Source of the DNA: a virus
DNA length: 26,836 nucleotides
Reading direction: 5' to 3' (one strand)
Virus genome (UHGV): UHGV-0045954
A model generated the notes under the pieces. It saw only the letters and a program-made list of their open reading frames with translations, was not told where the DNA came from and ran no database searches. The position numbers and the translations under genes are program-made. Numbering within the stretch: position 1 is the stretch's first letter; every line of letters starts with the position of its first letter. Positions 17,173-25,429 of this stretch are shown one piece after another.

Positions 17173-17347
17173 TTTGTTCTTCCTCTTCGTCTTTTATTTC
17201 GTGATATGAGTAATTGCAGTAGTTAAAGAAAATATCTTTTGCTTCGTCATGTATTTCATCAGGCGTCGCATCATCATCCACTTCGAATTCATCCTCGAAA
17301 TCTCCACCGGCTATTCCCGTTTCAATAATTATTTTAAACTTTCGCAT
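17165..17347 (-). CDS. small highly acidic protein (60 aa)
   Basis: ATG 17347; product rich in D/E (FEDEFEVDDDATPDEIHDEAKD...KDEEEEQ); upstream region is lost in the poly-C/N gap so the RBS cannot be assessed. Confidence 0.4.
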   Translation of the reverse strand: MRKFKIIIETGIAGGDFEDEFEVDDDATPDEIHDEAKDIFFNYCNYSYHEIKDEEEEQNG

Positions 17348-17354
17348 TTAACTA

Positions 17355-17455
17355 CCCCCCCCCCCCCCCCCCCCCCCCCCCNNNNNNNNNNNNNNNNNNN
17401 NNNNNNNNNNNNNNNNNNNNNNNNNNNNNNNNNNNNNNNNNNNNNNNNNNNNNNN
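17355..17455. other. assembly gap: poly-C (27 nt) followed by 74 N
   Basis: Homopolymer then N run in an intergenic position; same style as the gap at 781..910. Confidence 0.9.
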
Positions 17456-17544
17456 CTCCCGCCCTTCCGGGCGGCCTCCTGATGTTCTGAGGGTGCAGAA
17501 ATCCCTCCGGTTAAGGATTAAATTTTTAACAGAGCTAAATTTAA

Positions 17545-17901
17545 TTATTCAGTTCTGGATTTTGTCGCCCTGCGTATCCGCGCTTTCGCGTTACGCTCAA
17601 TCTGAATTAGCTTTTCTATATTTTTTCGCCTTTCCCGCTCCTCCTGACGCAAGAGCCTTACATCATCTGCCAGTCTGGTTTCTCTTTTCGCCACAGAGAG
17701 CATCCAGTCAAATGGCTCCACAACTGCACCGCAGATTTTACAGCGGACCTGACGCTCTTTTTCGTCAACCCGGACAGAGGCGTGATGACAATATGGTCTT
17801 TCCGATGGCTCATAAAGAAAATTAACCTGATTACGAGGGTCATCCTCTTTTACCGGAAATAAAACGATATTGCTTAACTCATCCTCTGGTTTTATTTCCA
17901 T
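17545..17901 (-). CDS. hypothetical protein with CHH...CxxC zinc-binding motif
   Basis: Start at ATG 17901 (MEIKPEDEL...) with AAGGAGAGGAG RBS; YCHHASVRVDEKERQVRCKICG motif; basic coiled C-terminus. Confidence 0.5.
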   Translation of the reverse strand: MEIKPEDELSNIVLFPVKEDDPRNQVNFLYEPSERPYCHHASVRVDEKERQVRCKICGAVVEPFDWMLSVAKRETRLADDVRLLRQEERERRKNIEKLIQIERNAKARIRRATKSRTE

Positions 17902-17958
17902 GCTCCTCTCCTTTGATGCGAATGCCAGCGGTAATTGAAGCCTGATAGCTAATTTCAC

Positions 17959-18381
17959 TCACAGTACCGCCTCCTGAAAATTACCCTGATAGAAAGCCAG
18001 TACACGCTGCATAGCTTCACTCTTCCGGCACTCGCGACAGATTATGTTTAGGCGACTGTCGTAGCGACGTATTTCTCCGTCAGGTAACGACCAGATAAGG
18101 TCCGGATCAACCACAACCGGTTTCTTCAGCTTTGCCCTCGATAATTTTTTGCGGGCATTTTGCCAGTCTTTACGAGCCTGTTCAGACGGGAATAACCCGT
18201 AGCCAGAATTGTATACATCGCCACTGGCAACCAGCTCTCTGGCCAGAACGCTCATCAGATATCTTGTTGCCCCAGTTTTAGCTTCCAGTTGTCGTAACGT
18301 CTCGCGCCCACTCTGGCGTACGAGTTCAAGAACCTGTCCTTTAATTTTTTCCCGCTCTTCTTGTGTAAAAACTTTTGCCAC
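17959..18381 (-). CDS. hypothetical early-region protein (140 aa)
   Basis: GTG start at 18381 preceded by AGGAGG at 5 nt; no family recognised. Confidence 0.5.
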   Translation of the reverse strand: MAKVFTQEEREKIKGQVLELVRQSGRETLRQLEAKTGATRYLMSVLARELVASGDVYNSGYGLFPSEQARKDWQNARKKLSRAKLKKPVVVDPDLIWSLPDGEIRRYDSRLNIICRECRKSEAMQRVLAFYQGNFQEAVL

Positions 18382-18421
18382 AAGCCCTCCTGAAAATTAC
18401 CTCATGACCAGAAATTAACAC

Positions 18422-19492
18422 TTACCCCCTGAAGCCCGGCGGAATTTCGTTATCCGGTTCAGAAATATGATTCACACAACGCTGGTTGTTCGTGCCGCTT
18501 ACCGGGAGCAGCCAGGGGTTTTCAAAATTCCGGTCCGGTCCAAAAAACGTCGTCGCTCGCTGAACAAATTCCGTTCCCGTTTTCCCGGTAGCCGCAAGGT
18601 ATCTTGCGTAACGCCTCACGCCATCCAGCATGGCCTCTGGTGGCACCCCCTCGCGTAATCTGGCTTTCCAGGCACTGAAAGCGGATTTCTTCGGGTTTGC
18701 CCCGGCACGCAACGGGTATTCCCGCCAGACCTGTTCGAACACATCAGGATAATCCACTCGTCCCACAGGCTGCCCGGTGTTTTCCGGGACTACCCGATCG
18801 GCTTCCCGCTGAATGGCGGAATCGGCTTCAGGCTGCTGAAGTTGGTGTGATTGCTCCTGCCTTGCGGTCATCACCTGCTGCACAGCGCCCGAATCGGCTT
18901 TCAGCGCATACGCTGAATCGGCTTCCGGTGTCGTGCCTGCGGGCTGGCCAGGAGTGACGGTCTGAACATCCCCTGCCTGGTTCGTGGCGTTTTTTACGCC
19001 ATGGACCATAGTGTTTTGATCTTCTTGATCTGTATCTTTATCTGTATCTTTATCTGTCGTGACTCGTCGTGACATGTGCGTGACATTTCGTGACTCGCCG
19101 TGACAATCGCCATTTTGTTCCCGCTTTCTTTCCCTCTCTCGCTGCGCCCTCTTGCGCTCTGCCGGAGATTTTGCGGTTTGCGAAATATTGCCGTTGTCCT
19201 CTTTCAGCACCTGGCGTTTTTCCCATCCAGTGATTAAATCACCATCAAGTACCCGCCCCTGCATCGTCTGCAAAATTGAATCAATTACCTCTTCTGTCAC
19301 GTCGAGCGCACTTGCCAAATCTTCTGTCGTGACATCAATGTGACCTCGCGTGACATTTCGTGACGCGCTCACCAGGAGGTGGATATACACTGCCATCACT
19401 GTTGCAATTGGCTGCCCTGACACCCTGGCAATTGTTCGCCACTTAGGGTCATTTGGCATGTCATGCCATAATCTGAGCCAGGCGTTAGCCAT
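18422..19492 (-). CDS. replication initiator with phage replisome-organizer N-terminal domain
   Basis: Start at ATG 19492 (MANAWLRLWHDMPNDPKWRTIARVSG...) with GAGGTG RBS; gene contains the iteron arrays internally, as lambda O contains ori. Confidence 0.7.
   Translation of the reverse strand: MANAWLRLWHDMPNDPKWRTIARVSGQPIATVMAVYIHLLVSASRNVTRGHIDVTTEDLASALDVTEEVIDSILQTMQGRVLDGDLITGWEKRQVLKEDNGNISQTAKSPAERKRAQRERERKREQNGDCHGESRNVTHMSRRVTTDKDTDKDTDQEDQNTMVHGVKNATNQAGDVQTVTPGQPAGTTPEADSAYALKADSGAVQQVMTARQEQSHQLQQPEADSAIQREADRVVPENTGQPVGRVDYPDVFEQVWREYPLRAGANPKKSAFSAWKARLREGVPPEAMLDGVRRYARYLAATGKTGTEFVQRATTFFGPDRNFENPWLLPVSGTNNQRCVNHISEPDNEIPPGFRG
19058..19104. repeat. iteron array 1: five CGTGAC repeats at 10-11 bp spacing, preceded by an AT-rich ATCTGTATCTTT repeat
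   Basis: CGTGAC at 19058, 19068, 19079, 19089, 19099; the adjacent 19028..19057 carries tandem ATCTGTATCTTT. Confidence 0.65.
19327..19363. repeat. iteron array 2: four (C/T)GTGAC repeats at 10-11 bp spacing
   Basis: CGTGAC at 19327, TGTGAC at 19338, CGTGAC at 19348 and 19358, plus one inverted GTCACG at 19295. Confidence 0.6.
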
Positions 19493-19563
19493 ACTCACCT
19501 CTTCTGATACCGAATCTTTTTACTCACGAGTTGCCGGAAGCGATTCGATATGACTATTGTCAG

Positions 19564-19989
19564 TCAATGTACTGCCACAGCATTTCCTGCCGGGCCACCA
19601 CGGTTCATCTGATTGAAACCGGCGATTGCCACTGCGACAAAATCATCAGCGTCTCTCACCAGTCGCTCCCGCGTCTCCACCAACTCCCGAAAATAAGCTG
19701 AACTGTGGCTGCGCATTCTGGCCACCAGCAAAGGTGGCATTGCCTTTTCGATCGCTGGTAACAACGCCTGAATTTTTTCAACTGCATCAGGGGTGTCTTT
19801 CTCCACCCAGCGGAAAATTTTCTGGGTATTGCGAGCCAGGGCTTCCGGATGGCTGTCGTCATACAGTTCCGGGAACGTCATTCCCAGCTCGAAATACGCT
19901 TTGGTAATTTTCGCAGCCGGTACTTTTTCGCCGTCCGGATGCGCCCAGGCATTCATCGCCATGCGGATGTGTTCATGCTTGATTTTCAT
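19564..19989 (-). CDS. YdaT-like protein (Rac-type early regulator / putative toxin, CII position)
   Basis: Start at ATG 19989 (MKIKHEHIRMAMNAW...) with GGGGGG RBS; N-terminus matches Rac YdaT as recalled. Confidence 0.6.
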   Translation of the reverse strand: MKIKHEHIRMAMNAWAHPDGEKVPAAKITKAYFELGMTFPELYDDSHPEALARNTQKIFRWVEKDTPDAVEKIQALLPAIEKAMPPLLVARMRSHSSAYFRELVETRERLVRDADDFVAVAIAGFNQMNRGGPAGNAVAVH

Positions 19990-20215
19990 GAATCCCCCCT
20001 TGGTTAGAAGGCGGATTATGATCAGAACCGGGAATGACAACCGTCGGTATGTGTAACTCATATTTGAGCGCCCCGGCAGTGACTGCCTGAATTAGCAACG
20101 CCCATTTCCACGGAACCTCTTCCCCCCACATGCTGACTGTGGTTTTTGACGTTCCTAGAGCTGCGGCTGTTTTAACAACTCCGCCAAAATAGCCTAATAC
20201 TTCTGATTTTTTCAT
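19973..20215 (-). CDS. YdaS-like Cro/HTH regulator
   Basis: Start at ATG 20215 (MKKSEVLGYFGGVVKTAAALGTSKTTVSMW...) with GGAG RBS; helix-turn-helix; divergent from the repressor gene. Confidence 0.65.
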   Translation of the reverse strand: MKKSEVLGYFGGVVKTAAALGTSKTTVSMWGEEVPWKWALLIQAVTAGALKYELHIPTVVIPGSDHNPPSNQGGIHENQA

Positions 20216-20306
20216 GAGTCGCTCCATAAAACTGAACGTCAAAAGTTTAATAATCAAAACCAAAGAAAGTCAAGAAACAAAACCATCTGTGTTTTAAAAT
20301 CAAAAC
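20216..20306. promoter_or_regulatory. immunity-region divergent promoters and operators
   Basis: Minus strand: -35 TTGACT (20273..20268), about 18-nt spacer, -10 TAAACT, driving ydaS. Plus strand: -10 TAAAAT (20295..20300) ending 7 nt before the repressor ATG (leaderless). Repeated TCAAAAC motifs at 20255 and 20299. Confidence 0.5.
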
Positions 20307-20945
20307 ATGAGCAAGCAAACTATATCTGAACGCATAACCCAACGTATGCATGCGCTAAACCTGAAAGGCAAAGACCTTGTCAATGGCACTGGCGCATCAA
20401 AAGGCTCCGTAAGTCAATGGATGAACGGTGGAGGAGCGCCGTCCTCGCGTTACATAAGTTCACTGGCAAAAATATTGAAAGTAAACGAAAATTGGCTTCT
20501 TAATGGAGGAGAGTTAAATACAGGTGATTCGCTTGATCTATCTTTACCGCCGATAAAAACGGTTCCGCTACTATCACTTCAGCAGGCAGCAAGCTGGAGT
20601 GATTATATGAAAAATTCCTCAATAACCTCTTGTGTGCAGCTTGTCGGAGAAATCCCGGTCAATACCTTTGCAGTTGTTCTAGAGAGTGACAGTATGTCAA
20701 CATCTGGTGGGGGAGTTTCCATCCCAAATGGTTCAACAGTTTTTGTTGATCCCGATCGAACCGTACAACCAGGAAATATTGTCCTTGCCTTACCCAAAGG
20801 GACCACAACACCTGTCATTCGTAAACTGGAGATAGAAGGGCCGGATATTCTTTTAGTCCCCACGAATCCTCGCTACCCTTCAATTATGCTGGATGATCTA
20901 TCTTGCATATTGGGCGTATGCTTTAAAATTCAACAAGATATTTAA
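20307..20945 (+). CDS. CI-like repressor (HTH plus S24 LexA-like autopeptidase domain)
   Basis: 212 aa; N-terminal HTH (GTGASKGSVSQWMNG), C-terminal SDSM Ser motif and downstream Lys (VIRKLE); no SD, consistent with a leaderless pRM-type transcript. Confidence 0.8.
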   Translation: MSKQTISERITQRMHALNLKGKDLVNGTGASKGSVSQWMNGGGAPSSRYISSLAKILKVNENWLLNGGELNTGDSLDLSLPPIKTVPLLSLQQAASWSDYMKNSSITSCVQLVGEIPVNTFAVVLESDSMSTSGGGVSIPNGSTVFVDPDRTVQPGNIVLALPKGTTTPVIRKLEIEGPDILLVPTNPRYPSIMLDDLSCILGVCFKIQQDI

Positions 20946-21012
20946 CCAACCTCATCTATTTGATTAACTGTATGCCATCGTGGTGATGGCTTAACAGCTG
21001 CCTGCTTAAAAT

Positions 21013-21058
21013 GTTTTGATAAAAAAACATTGACCTGAAAAGTTCGTTTTTCTAAACT
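21013..21058 (+). promoter_or_regulatory. pL-like promoter with operator-like motif
   Basis: -35 TTGACC (21030..21035), 17-nt spacer, -10 TAAACT (21053..21058); GTTTTGAT at 21013 is the reverse complement of the ATCAAAAC motif seen in the divergent-promoter region. Confidence 0.4.
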
Positions 21059-21376
21059 TCATTCATTCCCTCACCCCATCCTACAGAATGCAGGGCAATA
21101 CTTCGAGTTACCAGGCAGTGGTCAGGGGTTAAGTAGCCAGCCCGAGGCGTAAGAACATGACGGCAGGGTTCAACTTTAATAACTATGCAGCAGGTTTTTG
21201 TTCCGCTACCCCGGCGTTAAGGGGAAACAGAGGATTTCTCAGTGGGCGAAGTCAAACATCAGAATGGAAGGCGTCCAGGGATCAGCAAAGAAACAGCGAT
21301 GGCGCTTTATATTGATATCAGCGCCATTGCCGGACAGGTAAGAATTATCAGAGCGGTAACTAAGCGGTATGCGCCT

Positions 21377-21577
21377 TTACTTCAGAAAGTCTCTGGTGAG
21401 TGCACCGAAGATATTGTCAACGATTTCGTCATCAAACTGCGAGGACTCATCTTCAGTTACAAGGTGACCACAATTTTTGCAGATGGCTCCCGCGAAACTG
21501 TCAGAGCCCTGCGGTTTAAAGGATGTGTCAAAGACTTCGCCACCACATTCTGGGCAAGAAAACTTGATTGTATTCAT
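21377..21577 (-). CDS. small zinc-ribbon protein (66 aa)
   Basis: ATG 21577 with GAGAGGAAA RBS; two CxxC pairs at ribbon spacing (CPECGG ... CKNCGH); overlaps antisense to a 118-aa plus-strand ORF, see findings. Confidence 0.45.
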   Translation of the reverse strand: MNTIKFSCPECGGEVFDTSFKPQGSDSFAGAICKNCGHLVTEDESSQFDDEIVDNIFGALTRDFLK

Positions 21578-21669
21578 AACCAATTTCCTCTCGAGTAACA
21601 GACCCCTCAGAGGATACCACCTCGCCTGACGTGGTTAAAAGCAGGCAACGCTAACCACAAGGAGCCGAC

Positions 21670-21888
21670 ATGCAGAAACGAGAACCCGTCATCATCGCGC
21701 CAGACTATACCGATGATGAACTTTATGAGTGGATGCGCCAGAAAATTAATGCAGCGCAGGATTTGAAATGGGCCAATGAAGCCAGGGCTAAGCAGGCTGA
21801 AAATCTGTCCGCTCTGGAGCAGGATATCACCAGGCTGGAAAAAGCAGCGGCATTAAGCATTGCCAGAATGATTACATACCCGCGTTAA
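21670..21888 (+). CDS. hypothetical coiled-coil protein (72 aa)
   Basis: ATG 21670 with AAGGAG SD at 6 nt; product MQKREPVIIAPDYTDDELYEWMRQKINAAQDLKWANEARAKQAENLSALEQDITRLEKAAALSIARMITYPR. Confidence 0.6.
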   Translation: MQKREPVIIAPDYTDDELYEWMRQKINAAQDLKWANEARAKQAENLSALEQDITRLEKAAALSIARMITYPR

Positions 21889-22456
21889 TAGATAACCAAC
21901 GAAGCTAAGGTTGGTAATTAAGGAGTTCTCCACGGGTGAGGTGGAGTGCGTGCGCCGGACACGGGTGAGCATCCGGCACTGACAGTTTACTGAAAGGATA
22001 TTTCCCTGAAAAGTCAGACCATAACGCGAAAGCGCACGGCGAGGTAGCTGGTTCATAGATAGCCTGTCGTTAAATTTTCGTCGACCGTGCGCTTCCGGTT
22101 GTGGCAATCCGCGAAATGGCGCGGCGGTAAGTATGGCGGGGTTATTCCTTCCCCCGTTGAGGACACCGGGTTGTCAGGTTGACCATACGCTTAAGTGACA
22201 ACCCCACTGCAACGCCCTCTGTTATCAATTTTCTGGTGACGTTTGGCGGTATCAGTTTTACTCCGTGACTGCTCTGCCGCCCTTTTTAAAGTGAATTTTG
22301 TGATGCGGTGAATGCGGCTAAGCGCACGCGGAACAGTTAAAACCAAAAACAGTGTTATGGGTGGATTCTCTGTATCCGGCGTTAATTGTTAACTGGTTAA
22401 CGTCACCTGGAGGCACCAGGCACCGCATCACAAAACTCATTGTTGAGGGCGCGATA

Positions 22457-22645
22457 ATGAAAACGTTATTACCAAACGTTAATACGTCTGAAGGTTGTTT
22501 TGAAATTGGTGTCACTATCAGTAATCCTGTATTTACTGAAGATGCCATTAACAAAAGAAAACACGAACGGGAGTTATTAAATAAAGTATGCATTGTTTCA
22601 ATGCTGGCCCGTTTACGTCTGATGCCAAAAGGATGTGCACAATGA
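22457..22645 (+). CDS. hypothetical small protein (62 aa)
   Basis: ATG 22457 with GAGGG RBS; stop overlaps next start (ATGA), indicating translational coupling. Confidence 0.45.
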   Translation: MKTLLPNVNTSEGCFEIGVTISNPVFTEDAINKRKHERELLNKVCIVSMLARLRLMPKGCAQ

Positions 22646-22833
22646 ATCCAGTATTTGCACTTATTCTGACGGTTTTTCTTGTTTCCGGAGAGCCAGTTGA
22701 TATTGCAGTCAGTGTTCACAGAACAATGCAGGAATGTATGGCAGCAGCAACCGAACAGAAAATTCCAGGCAACTGTTATCCGGTCGATAAAGTTATTCAC
22801 CAGGATAATAACGAAATCCCGGCAGGATTTTAA
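22642..22833 (+). CDS. hypothetical small protein with N-terminal signal-peptide-like segment (63 aa)
   Basis: ATG 22642 coupled to upstream ORF; MNPVFALILTVFLVSGEP... hydrophobic N-terminus; two Cys in the mature region. Confidence 0.45.
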   Translation: MNPVFALILTVFLVSGEPVDIAVSVHRTMQECMAAATEQKIPGNCYPVDKVIHQDNNEIPAGF

Positions 22834-22926
22834 AACAGCACCGTAATAAATATCCAGTTTCATTCTTATATGTCAGCAATGGCAGAGATTTGTTCACCCT
22901 TAAATCTGTGATGAGGTTTACCAATA

Positions 22927-25368
22927 ATGAGCACTGATAAAGAAGAATTTGCACTATATTGCGAAGCAAAAAATGACAAAGTAAGAAAACGCCTAGGAAT
23001 TAAAGGTGGTTTTTACTGGACTACAGCAAAAAAATTATCTGTTGCAATCTCCCGCTGCATTACCGCAATGGATGACAACGATTATGATGAAGACGACTTT
23101 AAAAAACCCGTCCGCGTCAATTTGCCCGTTGTTGACGACCTTCCGCCAGAAGGCGTGTTTGATACTGAATTCTGCAACCGCTATGAAAAAGGCGGGAAAG
23201 ATGGCATCACAATGACATTTATCGGCCCTTCCCCCTCTGTTCAGGACAAACCAGCCAGCACTGACAATACCAACATCAACGGCGAAGCCATGACTGAGAT
23301 TGAGGAGAGCATGCTTCTGCCTGTCTCCGGTCAGGAACTGCCCATTCGTTGGCTTGCTCAACACGGCAGCGAAAAACCAGTAACGCACGTTTCACGCGAC
23401 GAACTCCAGGCATTACACATTGCACGGGCTGAAGAACTACCGGCTGTTACTGCCCTGGCTATTTCGCATAAAACCAGTCTGCTCGACTCGCTGGAGATTC
23501 GCGACCTCCACAAACTGGTTCGTGACACTGACAAAGTTTTCCCTAATCCTGGTAATTCAGACCTGGGACTAATAACTGCTTTTTTCGAAGCATACCTAGA
23601 CGCTGACTACACTGATCGGGGTCTGCTGACAAAAGAGTGGATGAAAGGAAATCGTGTTTCACGCATCACCCGCACGGCTTCCGGTGCTAATGCTGGCGGT
23701 GGGAACAAAACCGATCGCAATCCGAATTTAGTACACACCCTCGACACACTGGATGTGGAGATTGCAGCAGCCACACTTCCGATGGATTTTAATATTTATG
23801 AAATTCCGGGCAGCGTTTATCGTCGCGCAAAAGAAGTAGTCCTGAACAAAGAAAGTCCGTTCAAAGAATGGTCCGCAGCACTTCGTGCAACCCCGGGTAT
23901 TCTGGACTATTCCCGCGCCGCTATTTTTGCACTTATCCGAAGCGCACACCCTGAATTTTATCACTACCCGGGACGCCTTCAGGGGTATATCAACGCCTAT
24001 TTGACGGAAACTGATCACGAGAACCCCAGCAAGGAAACTCTCACAGCTGCCCGGCATACGCCGGAAAAAGATATCCTGGAAGAAATTAACCGCGAGGTGG
24101 TTACTGAGCGTGAAACAGAAGAAGAAAAACCACAACCATCTGACGCAATGGCAGGTGAACAGGCAACAACTGAAACAATGGAACCGGATACAACTGAACA
24201 TGGCCAGAACGCGCAGTCGCTGGATGCTCAGTCGCAGGTGAGTTCCGCTAACCAAGTAAAAGTCACCGCTGACGAAGTAAACAAAATTATGCAGGCAGCC
24301 AATATCAGCCAGCCTGACGCCGATAAGTTACTTGCTGTATCGCGTGGTGAATTTGTTGAGGGGATTAGCGACCCTAATGATCCGAAATGGGTCAAAGGGA
24401 TCCAGACTCGCGATTCTGTGAACCAGAACCAGCATGAATCGGAACGGAACGACCAAAAAGCGGAACAAAACAGCCCAAATGCGTTACAAAACGAGCCAGA
24501 AACGAAACAATCCGAACCAGTGGCGCAACAGGAAGTGGAAAAAGTCTGCACCGCCTGCGGTCAGACCGGCGGCGGCAACTGCCCTGATTGTGGCGCGGTG
24601 ATGGGCGACGCAACATACCAGGAAACATTCGATGAAGAGTATCAGGTTGAAGTTCAGGAAGATGATCCGGAGGAAATGGAAGGCGCTGAACATCCACACA
24701 AGGAGAACACTGGCGGCAATCAGCATCACGATAGCGATAATGAAACTGGCGAGACGGCAGATCACTCAATTAAGGTGAACGGTCATCAAGAAATCACATC
24801 CACCAGCAGGACGTGTGACCATCTAATGATCGACCTTGAAACCATGGGAAAAAATCCTGATGCCCCGATCATCTCAATAGGTGCAATATTTTTCGATCCG
24901 CAAACCGGAGATATGGGACCGGAATTTAGTAAGACTATCGATCTGGAAACTGCTGGCGGAGTCATTGATCGGGACACCATTAAATGGTGGCTTAAGCAAT
25001 CACGCGAAGCGCAATCTGCCATTATGACCGATGAAATCCCGTTAGATGATGCACTGTTACAATTGCGGGAATTTATCGACGAAAAATCCGGTGAATTTTT
25101 TGTTCAGGTCTGGGGAAATGGAGCCAACTTCGACAACACGATTTTGCGCCGTTCATACGAACGGCAGGGGATCCCCTGCCCGTGGCGTTACTACAACGAT
25201 CGCGATGTACGCACAATCGTTGAGCTGGGGAAAGCCATAGACTTCGATGCCAGAACGGCTATTCCATTCGAAGGTGAGCGCCATAATGCACTTGATGACG
25301 CCCGTTACCAGGCAAAATACGTTTCAGTTATCTGGCAAAAACTGATCCCGAGTCAGGCTGATTTTTAA
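22927..25368 (+). CDS. RecE-like N-terminal region fused to a C-terminal DEDDh (DnaQ-like) 3'-5' exonuclease domain
   Basis: 813 aa. N-terminal two thirds resemble E. coli Rac RecE as recalled ([21 protein letters not shown]..., zinc ribbon [21 protein letters not shown]). C-terminus has Exo I DLET, Exo [10 protein letters not shown], Exo [12 protein letters not shown] motifs. Confidence 0.7.
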   Translation: MSTDKEEFALYCEAKNDKVRKRLGIKGGFYWTTAKKLSVAISRCITAMDDNDYDEDDFKKPVRVNLPVVDDLPPEGVFDTEFCNRYEKGGKDGITMTFIGPSPSVQDKPASTDNTNINGEAMTEIEESMLLPVSGQELPIRWLAQHGSEKPVTHVSRDELQALHIARAEELPAVTALAISHKTSLLDSLEIRDLHKLVRDTDKVFPNPGNSDLGLITAFFEAYLDADYTDRGLLTKEWMKGNRVSRITRTASGANAGGGNKTDRNPNLVHTLDTLDVEIAAATLPMDFNIYEIPGSVYRRAKEVVLNKESPFKEWSAALRATPGILDYSRAAIFALIRSAHPEFYHYPGRLQGYINAYLTETDHENPSKETLTAARHTPEKDILEEINREVVTERETEEEKPQPSDAMAGEQATTETMEPDTTEHGQNAQSLDAQSQVSSANQVKVTADEVNKIMQAANISQPDADKLLAVSRGEFVEGISDPNDPKWVKGIQTRDSVNQNQHESERNDQKAEQNSPNALQNEPETKQSEPVAQQEVEKVCTACGQTGGGNCPDCGAVMGDATYQETFDEEYQVEVQEDDPEEMEGAEHPHKENTGGNQHHDSDNETGETADHSIKVNGHQEITSTSRTCDHLMIDLETMGKNPDAPIISIGAIFFDPQTGDMGPEFSKTIDLETAGGVIDRDTIKWWLKQSREAQSAIMTDEIPLDDALLQLREFIDEKSGEFFVQVWGNGANFDNTILRRSYERQGIPCPWRYYNDRDVRTIVELGKAIDFDARTAIPFEGERHNALDDARYQAKYVSVIWQKLIPSQADF

Positions 25369-25429
25369 TGTTCAACCGTCGCCAGTTGTCGTTGATATTC
25401 TGCAACTGGCGCGTTCCGGAGTGATAGCC

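Noticed and set aside
19028-19057. ATCTGTATCTTT tandem repeat as a possible CRISPR or satellite repeat
   Set aside because: Only 2.5 short copies, inside a coding region and next to the iterons; it is the AT-rich part of an origin, not a CRISPR array.
21853-22107. 84-aa minus-strand ORF
   Set aside because: Arg-rich low-complexity translation in the structured noncoding stretch, with no RBS; more consistent with GC-rich noncoding DNA.
22318-22863. 181-aa minus-strand ORF
   Set aside because: Cys-rich low-complexity translation antisense to two coupled plus-strand small genes with good RBSs; no RBS of its own.
23035-24769. Several minus-strand ORFs inside the exonuclease gene (23035..23388, 23728..24255, 24228..24551, 24392..24769, 24484..24765)
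   Set aside because: All antisense to the 813-aa gene, Cys/Phe-rich with no RBS; typical antisense artefacts.
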